From NCBI GenBank assembly GCA_044376115.1, contig JBILLK010000008.1, forward strand, positions 1-64,000: a stretch of 64,000 bases of DNA, written 5' to 3'. Shown here one piece after another: positions 27,938 through 37,115 of the stretch; within the stretch, counting starts at the first letter, position 1, and each line of letters begins with the position of its first letter. This stretch comes from Polyangiaceae bacterium. Its GTDB lineage: Bacteria > Myxococcota_A > Polyangia > Polyangiales > Polyangiaceae. The notes under the pieces are model-generated. The model was not told the DNA's origin. It was given only the letters and a program-made list of their open reading frames with translations, and did no database searches. The translations under genes and the position numbers were made by a program.

Positions 27938-30900
27938 GCCAGCTCGGCGCGCGACTCGCTACTCCGATCGGCTTCGCAGCCCTGCTGCTGACGGCACTTT
28001 TCTGTGCCCTGCCTTTGCGCGCGCAGCCCGCCGCACAGCAGCCCGCCGCAGAGCAGCCTGAAGCGCCAAGCGAGGCCGCGCCGATCGCCGCCGAGTCGTT
28101 CGTACCGATCGAGGATCTCGCGACCCTCACCATCCCCGAAGACCAGGTCGAGCTCGATCCGTCGATCCTCGGCCTACCGATCGTGCGCGTCGAGGTCCGA
28201 AGTTCGGGCTCTCGTTGGGCTGCGCAGACCGAGGTAAAATCGATTCCCTTCGGTGAGAAGCTGAGCCCCGAGGTGGCCCGCAAAGCCATGCGCGAGCTGG
28301 CCGAGAGCGGCGGTTTCTCGGATCTTTCGGCCTTCGCCGAGCGCGTCGGCGGCGGGGTGATCCTGCGCATCGAAGCCACCCCCGCGAGGCGCGTACGCGC
28401 GGTGCAGATCGAGGGTGGGCTGTTCGAACGCTCCGCCACGCTGAGCGCTACCAAGCTTGCGATTGGCGGCATGGTCTCGGAGCCGGAAGTCGTGCGGGTG
28501 CCCGAGTTGGTCGGCAAATTTTACGAGCGACACGGCTTCCCCGACGCCAAGATCTCGATCCAAACGGTGTCGCTGGATCAACCGCTGGACGTGATGTTGG
28601 TGGTCAGCATCCAACCCGGGGAACCCCGCAACGTGAGCCAACGAGTGTTCGTGATCGAACCGGCGTTCGACGCGCAAGTGAGCGACCTGAAGTTCGAGTA
28701 TGCCGTCTCTGCCAATGAGCGCGCCGACGACCTCGCGCTCGAAGAGGCCGACCGCCAGCTCGCGCAGACCCTGCGTGAAAACGCCTTCACGCGAGCCAAG
28801 GTCGCGCATCGCGTGATCCACCGCAAAGGCTTCACCTACCTCTACGTGTACGTCGACAGCGGGCCCAAGCTGGTCCCGGCGTTCGAAGGCAATTGGTCCT
28901 TTGACGCGAACGATCTGCGCGCCGCGCTGGAGCTCACCAAAGGCCAGGTCTCCTCGGTGAGCGACCTCTCCGAGCGCTTGCGCCGCTTCTACGAAGAGCA
29001 CGGCTTCCTCGATGCGCGGGTCAGCGGTGAGCTGCGTCCGTCGAAGGACGAGGGCCAGGAGCACTTGGCGTTCACCATCGTCGAGCGCGAGCGGGTGCGC
29101 GTGGAGCGCCGCATCTTCGCTTGCTTGCCCACCGCCGTCGCGGCCGACGATATCGGCTCGGAGATCGACAGCGTGCTGCGAGAGGAGCTCCCTGCGCGAG
29201 CGTTCGTCGCCTTGCCAGCGCCGCGCATGCTCGACGCAACGCTGTCCGGCTCGACCTTGGCGGGCGCCCGACCCGCACCGCTCGAGCTCTCGCCCGAAAG
29301 CACCTACTCCGCCGAGGCCTACTCGAGCGCGCTCAAACATGTGCGTGAGGTGCTCTTCTCGCGCGGCTATCTGAACGCGGCCGTCGGTCCGTTGACGGTG
29401 ATTCGCGCGCGCTGCTCGAGCCGTTCGGGCGCCGGGGACTGCATCGAGGAGCCGCTCTCGATCCCGAAGGCGCGCTGCGAGACCACGCGCGAAGGGCTGC
29501 CCGTCCCCGAGCCGGCCTTGCCGCGCGATCTGACCTGCACGCCCGATTCGGCGCAGGGCGTGCGCTGTTCGTCGCGCATGACGGTGCACATCCCGATGCA
29601 TCTCGGCCCGCTGACGACGCTGTGGGACGTAGCGTTCGTTGGCGCCAAAAGCTCCACCGCGGAGCAGCTGGCGGAGAAGGCCGGGCTGGCCGTGGGGGAT
29701 CCGCTGAGTCTCACGGCGATCGACGACTCTCGGCGCAAGCTCGTGGCCTGGTTCCAGAACCGTGGCTTCGCCTACGCCTCGGTCGAAACTGACGTGGATC
29801 TGTCCCCGGACAAATCGCGCGCACGCGTGACCTTCACGGTCGAGGAGCGCGAGCGGGTCACCATCGGCGAGATCCTGATCGAGGGCGCCCGCCAAACCGA
29901 TCACGACCTGATCCGTCGCCGCTTGGCGATCGCGACGGGCGACACCTACTCGATCGACAACCTGCGCTTGAGCGAGGAACGGCTGGCGACGCTGGGGCCA
30001 TTCTCCAGCGTCTCAGTCACGCTGGCCGAGCCCGAGGTGATCGCCAAACAGAAGTCGATCGTGGTGCGCGTTCAGGAATATCCGTCGCAATACCTTGATC
30101 CCAAGGGTGGCTTCTCGACGGGGGAAGGCCTGCGCTTCGGCCTCGAGTACGGGCATCGCAACATCGCCTCGCTCGGCATCTCGCTCACCCTGCGCATCCA
30201 GCTTTCGTACTTGTTCGACTTCGTGATCTTGGACTCCGACGTCGAACAGAACCTCAAGCCGCTGAGCGCGAGCGAACGGTTGGAGCGGCGCAACTCGGCG
30301 CGTCTTTCCTTCCCGGACATCGGGCTCGGGCCGCTCGTCAGCTTCGGCGTCGAGGCGATCGACGTACGCGACAATCAGCGTGACTACGGGCTCTCCCGCG
30401 AGGCCATCGTGCCGAGCCTCACCTTCCGGCCGCTGCGTGAGTTCGTCGGCACGCTTTCCGCTTCGGCCGAGCTAAACACCGAGAAGATCTTCGGCGGCCA
30501 ATCGGTCAACGACATCATCGCTAACAACCGCAATCTCGAGCAGCTGTTGCGCTTCCCCGACGGGACCACCTTCGTCATTGCGCAACGCGTCTCGGCCTCG
30601 TGGGACCGGCGCGACGTGCCGCTCAACGCTACGCGCGGCACCTTCACCTCGCTCGACATCGAGCACGTCAACGCCTTCCCCGCCGATCCCGACGACCCGG
30701 AGACCCAGCCGCTGGTCTCGCACTTCATGAAGATGAGCGGGCGCTTCACCGGCTACGTCGCCGTAACCGATGGCGGCGCAGCGCTCGCCTTCAGCGTCGC
30801 GCTGGGAGCCAACCTGCAGCTAAAGGACGACAGCAAGACCTACCCGGATCGGCTCTTTTACCTTGGCGGCTCGGAGTCGCTGCGGTCCTTCCTCAGCGCC

Positions 30901-31236
30901 TCGGTGGTCCCTGAAGACGTGGCGCAGCAAATCTTGCAGGGCCAACTCAAGATTGAAGACGTCGCCATCCGCGGCGGCGATTTCTGGTGGAACCCGCGCG
31001 TCGAGTTCCGCTTACCGCTGAGCGACCTGGTTGGCATCGGTCTCTTCGCAGAGGCCGGCAACCTCTGGGTCGACGCTGGCAACGGCTTCAACCCGTTCGA
31101 CCTGCGCTACGGGCTCGGCGGCGGCTTGCGCTTCTCCACGCCGGTGGGCCCGATCGCGATCGACGGTGGGCTCAACCCCACAAAGCGCGAGTGGGAAGAC
31201 ATCGGCGCGCTGCACTTCGCAGTCGGTCTTTTGTAG
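27934..31236 (+). CDS. Omp85-family (TamA/BamA-like) outer-membrane assembly protein
   Basis: Signal peptide from ATG 27934 (ATGA overlap), POTRA-like repeats (FYERHGF, FQNRGF), FYLGG..SLR and TPVGPI motifs. Confidence 0.88.
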   Translation: MSQLGARLATPIGFAALLLTALFCALPLRAQPAAQQPAAEQPEAPSEAAPIAAESFVPIEDLATLTIPEDQVELDPSILGLPIVRVEVRSSGSRWAAQTEVKSIPFGEKLSPEVARKAMRELAESGGFSDLSAFAERVGGGVILRIEATPARRVRAVQIEGGLFERSATLSATKLAIGGMVSEPEVVRVPELVGKFYERHGFPDAKISIQTVSLDQPLDVMLVVSIQPGEPRNVSQRVFVIEPAFDAQVSDLKFEYAVSANERADDLALEEADRQLAQTLRENAFTRAKVAHRVIHRKGFTYLYVYVDSGPKLVPAFEGNWSFDANDLRAALELTKGQVSSVSDLSERLRRFYEEHGFLDARVSGELRPSKDEGQEHLAFTIVERERVRVERRIFACLPTAVAADDIGSEIDSVLREELPARAFVALPAPRMLDATLSGSTLAGARPAPLELSPESTYSAEAYSSALKHVREVLFSRGYLNAAVGPLTVIRARCSSRSGAGDCIEEPLSIPKARCETTREGLPVPEPALPRDLTCTPDSAQGVRCSSRMTVHIPMHLGPLTTLWDVAFVGAKSSTAEQLAEKAGLAVGDPLSLTAIDDSRRKLVAWFQNRGFAYASVETDVDLSPDKSRARVTFTVEERERVTIGEILIEGARQTDHDLIRRRLAIATGDTYSIDNLRLSEERLATLGPFSSVSVTLAEPEVIAKQKSIVVRVQEYPSQYLDPKGGFSTGEGLRFGLEYGHRNIASLGISLTLRIQLSYLFDFVILDSDVEQNLKPLSASERLERRNSARLSFPDIGLGPLVSFGVEAIDVRDNQRDYGLSREAIVPSLTFRPLREFVGTLSASAELNTEKIFGGQSVNDIIANNRNLEQLLRFPDGTTFVIAQRVSASWDRRDVPLNATRGTFTSLDIEHVNAFPADPDDPETQPLVSHFMKMSGRFTGYVAVTDGGAALAFSVALGANLQLKDDSKTYPDRLFYLGGSESLRSFLSASVVPEDVAQQILQGQLKIEDVAIRGGDFWWNPRVEFRLPLSDLVGIGLFAEAGNLWVDAGNGFNPFDLRYGLGGGLRFSTPVGPIAIDGGLNPTKREWEDIGALHFAVGLL

Positions 31237-32290
31237 CTAGGGCATGACCCCGCCGCCGAAGGAGCGACCACCGCCGCCGCTCGGAGCAGCAGCTTTCGGC
31301 TTCTCGCTACCCGGAAGGCTGCCGCCGACGAAGCCCGCGACGAAGTCGTACAGTGCCGGCTCGACGCTCTCGAAGTAGACGTCGGTGGTCGCCCAGAATT
31401 TGTGACTGTCGGGGCAGGAGCGCGAGCTAGCCTTGAAGGACTGCTGACCGACGACTTTGCCGGTCGCCGTTTCACGCACCTTCGTTTTTCGGCACTCCCT
31501 TGGGTCGAGCTTCGAGCCCCCAGGAGTATTCATCGCGCGGCCGATAGGCCACGTGCACGGTGGCCGGAGCGGCAGCCGCAGCAGCCTGAGGTCGCGGCGT
31601 ACCGGTGCAAACATCGTCGAGATCGTAGGCCTTGATCTCCGGTAGCTGCACGCCGTCCGCCTGCAGCGGCAAGAGCGAATAGAGCAAGCGGCCACCGTAT
31701 TCTGCGCCCTCGTACACCGAGCTAACGCCCTGTTGGAAGCTCACCGTGTCTTTGCAGCCGGTCGAACGTGGATCGAGTTCGAACTCCTCCTTCGACAGCT
31801 CGGTGCCCTTGATCGGGTCGACGAAGCGCAAGGTGTAGGTCATCACCCAACGCTCGATCTTGCCGCCGTAGTAGTTGCACTGCGACTGCGTCTTGGTCTT
31901 CTTCTTGAGGTCGACACACGCGACCAACTCGACGTCGGCGATCTCGCTGTTGTCCTTCACTTGGAAGCCCGCGAGACCGTCGAGGCGCTCATAGCGGTAG
32001 GCCGGCGTTTTGTCGTCGAGGTACTTCTGGAACACCACGACCTTGCTCGGCAGCTTGGTGTCTGCGTGCTTCTCGTACGGCTTGGCGCCAATCTTGGAGC
32101 CGCTGCAAACCGAGGCATAGCCCTCGAGCGTGCTCGGCGCCGGCGGCACGTACTCGCGCTTGGGAGCGGGCTCCTCGTCGCTCGGCTTGTACTCATCCTT
32201 CTTTTTGCAGCCGAGCGTCGATGCGAGGCCGAGGGCGAGCAAGGAGAGACCAAACCATGGAGTAGCTTTGACGGAGCAACGAGAATCCAT
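31237..32290 (-). pseudogene. Two-domain lipoprotein split by a frameshift or deletion near 31480
   Basis: LGC lipobox; the second repeat stops at 31472 and resumes in another frame (KVRETATGKVVGQQSF..SC), matching repeat 1 (RFVDPIKGTELSKEEF..GC). Confidence 0.6.
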
Positions 32291-32459
32291 GGCCCTTGAT
32301 ACGCAAAGGCAACCCGAGCCTCCACTCGGATTTAGCGACTACCCACCGAATCCAAAAAGCCGTTGGCTAGGGCAAAAGCTCGAATCATCGCTCGCTTACG
32401 CCTCGGATTCCGCCGCCCCTGGCGCCAACGAGGCGCGCGCATCCGCCTTGTGGCCTCTG

Positions 32460-33407
32460 CTACTGGCAGGCACCTTCAGTGGCCTTACCGTCCTCCACGC
32501 ACCACGTTCCAAGTTCGAGCGGCGGCTCCGGCTTCGGTGCTTCAGCGCCCTCCCAAGCGCTCCATTCGAAGCGCACGCTGCAGCGCCCGGCGGGTCGCGG
32601 CGTCTTGCGAAAGAGCTCGAGCGTAAACGCGGTGGACTCGCCCGCCGCGAGCGCAAAGACCTTCTGTTCGGGCAAGAGCTCGGTCTCGCGCAGGGGCGCG
32701 GCCTCACCGCAGCGCGCCTCGGCGGCGACGATCCCGCGCGCTGGTTTGGCGTCACGGGTTTGCAAATGGGCCCGTAGTCGCAGCTTGCCGTCGCTCGGCT
32801 CTTCCTGAACGTCGTGCAGCCGCTGCTTGGTGCTCGGCGGAGTGAGCGGCGCCCAAGCGCAAGCGCCAGCCCGCAGCCCGCCACCCTCAAAGCAGAAGCG
32901 CTCTTCCAGCACGCTGCTCGCCTCTTTCGCCTGACCGATCGGCTCGAGCCGAAACAGGAGTTCGCAACCGTCGGCCTCTCCCAACCACCCGAAGCTCGCG
33001 GGCGTCTGCAAATCGAGCTCGCTGCTCCGGACCTTCTCGAGCGAAACGCGCGGACCGCCGCGACCGACGAGCTCGCTGAAGGCCACCACACGCTGCTCGC
33101 CGAAGCGACACACCGCGCGAATCGGCAGCACCACCCGACCCGTGCCGGCTTGTGCGACCACCGCCTTCGCGCGCACGTTCAGCTCGTAGCCCGAGCCCGT
33201 CCGGCGTGTCACGGTGAGGTCCTGAAGCTGCAGCGGCCCCTGCGCGAAGACGCTTTCGGCGATGGTGGCCGTGCTCGGTAGGCCCGTCGCAGCGGCGCTC
33301 GCGCCCGCCGACCCGACGAGCGGGACCGGGTCTGAACAGGCCGTGAGCCACACGACGCTGAACAGCTCCAGCCACCGCTGGCGAAGCCGACCCAGCCGCG
33401 AGCGCAT
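32460..33407 (-). CDS. Hypothetical lipoprotein
   Basis: LTAC lipobox from ATG 33407; two Cys-containing beta-rich repeats. Confidence 0.6.
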   Translation of the reverse strand: MRSRLGRLRQRWLELFSVVWLTACSDPVPLVGSAGASAAATGLPSTATIAESVFAQGPLQLQDLTVTRRTGSGYELNVRAKAVVAQAGTGRVVLPIRAVCRFGEQRVVAFSELVGRGGPRVSLEKVRSSELDLQTPASFGWLGEADGCELLFRLEPIGQAKEASSVLEERFCFEGGGLRAGACAWAPLTPPSTKQRLHDVQEEPSDGKLRLRAHLQTRDAKPARGIVAAEARCGEAAPLRETELLPEQKVFALAAGESTAFTLELFRKTPRPAGRCSVRFEWSAWEGAEAPKPEPPLELGTWCVEDGKATEGACQ

Positions 33408-33519
33408 GGACTTATTTTGTCCTACCATCTCCAACAAACCCTTTCTTACAAGCGCTATCGAGGCTATGACTTCCTCACCAACTACGAACCAGCGTGCCCT
33501 GCGTGAGAGGGCTTGCACA

Positions 33520-33535
33520 CTGAACACTAGAACAG
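33520..33535. promoter_or_regulatory. Candidate LexA/SOS box (CTG-N10-CAG)
   Basis: CTGAACACTAGAACAG immediately upstream of recA; contains the CTGAAC half-site of the myxobacterial LexA motif. Confidence 0.5.
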
Positions 33536-33548
33536 TAAGGTGACCCTC

Positions 33549-34748
33549 ATGAGCGACGAGCGAAGTTCAAAGCAGAAGGCGGCCGCACTCGAACTTGCCA
33601 TTGCTGGCGTTGAGAAAGAGTACGGCAAGGGCGCCATCATGCGCCTCAAGGACGGGGAGTCTCTCCATGATGAGGTGCCTACCATCCCCACGGGCTCGCT
33701 TGGGCTTGATGTGGCGCTCGGCATTGGTGGTTACCCGCGTGGCCGCATCGTGGAGATCTACGGTCCGGAGTCGAGCGGTAAGACCACGCTCACGCTGCAT
33801 GCCATCGCGGCCGTCCAGCGCATGGGTGGCACCGCCGCCTTCATTGACGCTGAGCACGCCCTGGACGTGAGCTACGCACGCAAGCTCGGCGTGAAGACGG
33901 ATGAGCTGCTGATCTCTCAGCCGGATTACGGTGAGCAGGCCTTGGAGATCGCAGACATGCTCGTCCGCTCCAACGCCGTTGATCTAATCGTGGTGGACTC
34001 GGTGGCGGCGCTCGTACCCAAGGCCGAGATTGAGGGTGACATGGGAGATAGCCATGTTGGCCTGCAGGCCCGGCTCATGAGCCAGGCCCTCCGCAAGCTC
34101 ACCGGCACCATCTCGCGCTCGCAATGCTTGCTGATGTTCATCAACCAGATCCGCATGAAGATCGGCGTGATGTTCGGCAATCCGGAGACCACCACCGGCG
34201 GTAATGCGCTCAAGTTTTACGCTTCAGTGCGTTTGGACATTCGTCGGGTGGGCGCCATCAAAGAGGCTGCTGCTGCCGGCAAAGAGCCTGCGGTCGTGGG
34301 CAATCGCACGCGCGTTAAAGTGGTTAAGAACAAGCTCGCGCCGCCCTTCCGTGAGGTCGAGTTTGATATTCTGTATGGGCAAGGCATCAGCCGCTCCGGT
34401 GACGCTGTAGACCTCGGCGTAGAGGCAGGCATCGTGGAGAAGAGCGGCTCCTGGTTCTCCTACCAAGGCGAGAGGATCGGTCAAGGTCGCGAGAACGCGA
34501 GGACCTTCCTCGAGCAGAACCCCGCGGCCTTGCAGAAGATCGAGGTTTCGGTTTTGGAGAAGCACGGCATCAAGCGCAAGTCGGAGCCGGTTGCAGCACA
34601 GCCCGCAGCAGCGCCTGCCAAGCAAGCCGCAGCGGCTGCACCTGCGGCAGCGCAAGCTCCAGCAGCGGCCGCAAAGGCCGGCGCCAAAGAGCCTGAGCGC
34701 CGTCCTGAGCCCAAGCCCGAGCCCAAAGCAGCGACCAAAACCAACTAA
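33549..34748 (+). CDS. recA: Recombinase RecA with Ala/Pro/Lys-rich tail
   Basis: [29 protein letters not shown] and [11 protein letters not shown] motifs. Confidence 0.99.
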   Translation: MSDERSSKQKAAALELAIAGVEKEYGKGAIMRLKDGESLHDEVPTIPTGSLGLDVALGIGGYPRGRIVEIYGPESSGKTTLTLHAIAAVQRMGGTAAFIDAEHALDVSYARKLGVKTDELLISQPDYGEQALEIADMLVRSNAVDLIVVDSVAALVPKAEIEGDMGDSHVGLQARLMSQALRKLTGTISRSQCLLMFINQIRMKIGVMFGNPETTTGGNALKFYASVRLDIRRVGAIKEAAAAGKEPAVVGNRTRVKVVKNKLAPPFREVEFDILYGQGISRSGDAVDLGVEAGIVEKSGSWFSYQGERIGQGRENARTFLEQNPAALQKIEVSVLEKHGIKRKSEPVAAQPAAAPAKQAAAAAPAAAQAPAAAAKAGAKEPERRPEPKPEPKAATKTN

Positions 34749-34789
34749 AGCTTCCTGCAGCGAGAGATCTGGCGTGAACGGCTTGCCGT

Positions 34790-34925
34790 CGGAGCAAAGT
34801 CGTTTGAGCCGCCGTCCGGGGGGATGGGTCCATGGCGTACCTGCATCGTCTGATGACGATACGGGTGCGCCCCTATGCGATTGTGCCGGGGTCAGCGGCA
34901 ACTTGAATATCTAATTTGCGCGGGA
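34790..34925 (+). ncRNA. Candidate rod-like structured RNA (6S-like architecture)
   Basis: 17-bp stem 34834-34850/34855-34871 with G-U pairs, plus nested outer pairings; family not established. Confidence 0.35.
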
Positions 34926-35004
34926 AACGCACTGAACACTTGTGCCCAAGCGTTGGCAGCGGAGCAAAGGAATGGGTGGTATTCCGAGTAGCTCAGCCGG
35001 TTGC

Positions 35005-35033
35005 TTGACATAGAGGGTCCGGCGGATTTCACT
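35005..35033 (+). promoter_or_regulatory. Possible sigma70-type promoter for the SprT-like gene
   Basis: Perfect TTGACA at 35005-35010, 17-nt spacer, weak -10 (TTCACT). Confidence 0.4.
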
Positions 35034-35092
35034 TAGAGGACTTACTCAATCCGAGTGGGTGCGGGCTCCCCAAGGCTGCTTGCGAGGTTTCA

Positions 35093-35965
35093 ATGCCGGG
35101 TCTGATCGTCTTTCCGTTCGCTCAGCGTCCCGTGGGGCGAGACTCGAGGGCGCGCCTTCCGGTCAGGCCCCTCGCCCCACGCGTTGCCCCAGCCGCCGTC
35201 CGCGTCCCTGATCCGCGTCAGGTCCATGTAGAGATTCCGTTCCCAGCGGGCCATCCACAAATCTTCGTTCACGAGGGAGCTCGACAGCTCCTCGAGCGGA
35301 AGCTGACAGTCGCTGCCGGCAAGCCTGTCTTCCTATCCATCAATGACAACTGCCGGAGCATGATCGCTTTTGCCGAACGAGACGGCATCGTGCGAGCGCG
35401 GCTTCATCACATGTTCTTGGACGCGCCCAAGGCCGTTCAGCTCGCGCTCGTTTGCTACATAGCCAAGGGCGACCGCGAGGCCTCCTGCGTAGTAGGCCGC
35501 TATATCGAGCGCAACAGCCACCGCATCCGCGCGGCTCGGCCATTCTTATTGCCCATTACCACCCAAGGCGCGCACCACGACATCCTGTCGATCTTCAGCG
35601 CGCTCAATGACAAGTACTTTGGCGGCACGGTGGACGCGCTCATCACCTGGGGGCGGCTCGGGTCGCGCCGCAACAGTGAGGGCACCGGGCGGAGGAGCAT
35701 CAAGCTCGGCAGCTACTCCGCAGTGGAGCGGCTCATCCGCATCCACCCCACGTTGGACCGGCCGTGGGTTCCTCGCTACTTCGTTTCCTACGTCGTCTAC
35801 CACGAGATGTTGCATCACGTGATTCCGGCGATTGAGCAGCGTGGAGGCAGGAGAATCCTGCATCCGCCGCACTTCATGGAGCGAGAGGCGTTGTTTCGTG
35901 ATTATGAGCGCGCGCTCGCCTGGGAGCGGGCGCACATGCACCGGGTGCTGCGCGCGCGCGGCTAA
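35093..35965 (+). CDS. SprT-like zinc metalloprotease
   Basis: LNDKYF, LGSY, IRIHP.LD and YHEMLH motifs. Confidence 0.8.
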   Translation: MPGLIVFPFAQRPVGRDSRARLPVRPLAPRVAPAAVRVPDPRQVHVEIPFPAGHPQIFVHEGARQLLERKLTVAAGKPVFLSINDNCRSMIAFAERDGIVRARLHHMFLDAPKAVQLALVCYIAKGDREASCVVGRYIERNSHRIRAARPFLLPITTQGAHHDILSIFSALNDKYFGGTVDALITWGRLGSRRNSEGTGRRSIKLGSYSAVERLIRIHPTLDRPWVPRYFVSYVVYHEMLHHVIPAIEQRGGRRILHPPHFMEREALFRDYERALAWERAHMHRVLRARG

Positions 35966-36038
35966 CCGTCGTCGGCTTCGCTGGTATTTGGCTCACGCTT
36001 TGACTAAGGGACGCTTTGTTACGTAGTCCCGCAGTGTT

Positions 36039-37037
36039 GTGTGGGCAGTCAGAGCATCGGGTCCTCGGACGTCGGTGCTCGCAGAGGAGCGTTGGGTGCA
36101 GCTGACAGACACCGAAGGTAGCGCCAACAAGGCGATGGAGGCTCTCGAGTGGGCGCGGCAAATCTCGCTCGCCGGAGGTCCGCTGCCCCCCGCTATCGTC
36201 AAGGCCTCGCCCTCGGACTTCCGCGCTGCCGGGTCCAAGTTCTCGCGGGATCTGCGCGGCCACCTGGACACCATCGTGATGTCGTCGGACGCCGAGGCTG
36301 GGCTGGACGCCCTGCTGGCCTGTGGAGCCCTCGCCACGCTGCTCCCAGAGGTCGAGGCCATGGTTGGCTTCGGTGACGGGGAATGGCGCCACAAGGACGT
36401 GTGGAAGCACACCAAGCAGGTGGTGCGTCAGTCGGTACCGCGCCTGGAGATTCGTTGGGCTGCGCTATTGCATGACATCGGCAAGGTCAAAACCCGGTCG
36501 ATCTCGCCGGACGGTGAGGTGCACTTCTTCGGCCACGCGGAGGTTGGAGCCCGCATGTTCGACAAGATGAACCGGCGGCTGCCGCTGTTCGCCTCCGAGG
36601 CCAAGCTCAGTGAAGAGATCCGGTTTTTGATCCTGCACCACCTTCGCGCCAGCCAATACGAGGCCTCCTGGACAGACAGCGCCGTGCGCCGCTTCGCCAA
36701 GGAGATGGGGGACTATTTGGATGACGTGTTGTGTTTGTCGCGCGCGGACATCACCACCAAACGTCCCGAAAAGAAGAAGAAGGGCCTGCGTCAAATCACC
36801 GATTTGAAGCTACGGGTGGAGAAGGTGCTGGCAGAAGACGCTGTGGTTCCGCCGCTGCCCACCGGCATTGGAGACGCGATCATGTTGGCCTTCAAGATCC
36901 CGCCGTCACGCTTGATCGGGGATCTGAAGCGCAAGCTGGAGACCGAGATCGCAGAGGGTACGCTGCAGGGTCATCAGCCCATCGATTTCTACGTGGAGCT
37001 GATCAAGGCGGATCCCGGCCGATACGGCCTGGGCTGA
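36039..37037 (+). CDS. HD-domain protein resembling the C-terminal half of CCA-adding enzymes
   Basis: DVWKHT, WAALLHDIGK, FFGHAEVGA, AVRRF and ADIT motifs; no nucleotidyltransferase head. Start uncertain. Confidence 0.8.
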   Translation: MWAVRASGPRTSVLAEERWVQLTDTEGSANKAMEALEWARQISLAGGPLPPAIVKASPSDFRAAGSKFSRDLRGHLDTIVMSSDAEAGLDALLACGALATLLPEVEAMVGFGDGEWRHKDVWKHTKQVVRQSVPRLEIRWAALLHDIGKVKTRSISPDGEVHFFGHAEVGARMFDKMNRRLPLFASEAKLSEEIRFLILHHLRASQYEASWTDSAVRRFAKEMGDYLDDVLCLSRADITTKRPEKKKKGLRQITDLKLRVEKVLAEDAVVPPLPTGIGDAIMLAFKIPPSRLIGDLKRKLETEIAEGTLQGHQPIDFYVELIKADPGRYGLG

Positions 37038-37090
37038 GCGGCTGCGGCTGGGCGGCTGAGCTGGGCGGCTGAGCTGAGCGGAGCTGAGCG
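37031..37090. repeat. Short GCTG(A/G)G tandem repeat between convergent genes
   Basis: GGGCTGAGCGGCTGCGGCTGGGCGGCTGAGCTGGGCGGCTGAGCTGAGCGGAGCTGAGCG. Confidence 0.8.
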
Positions 37091-37115
37091 CCAAGGTTGA
37101 GCAACGAGCCCGCCG

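Noticed and set aside
28174..29904. Long antisense ORFs here and elsewhere (e.g. 22263..23762, 37344..38912, 61625..63025)
   Set aside because: Shadow ORFs expected in high-GC DNA opposite well-supported genes; no recognisable motifs.
34780..34975. tmRNA, RNase P, SRP, or cobalamin/c-di-GMP riboswitch
   Set aside because: Their conserved sequence signatures could not be matched by eye; kept only as an unassigned structured RNA candidate.
37031..37090. Functional role for the GCTGAG microrepeat
   Set aside because: Low-complexity slippage is a sufficient explanation; no evidence of function.
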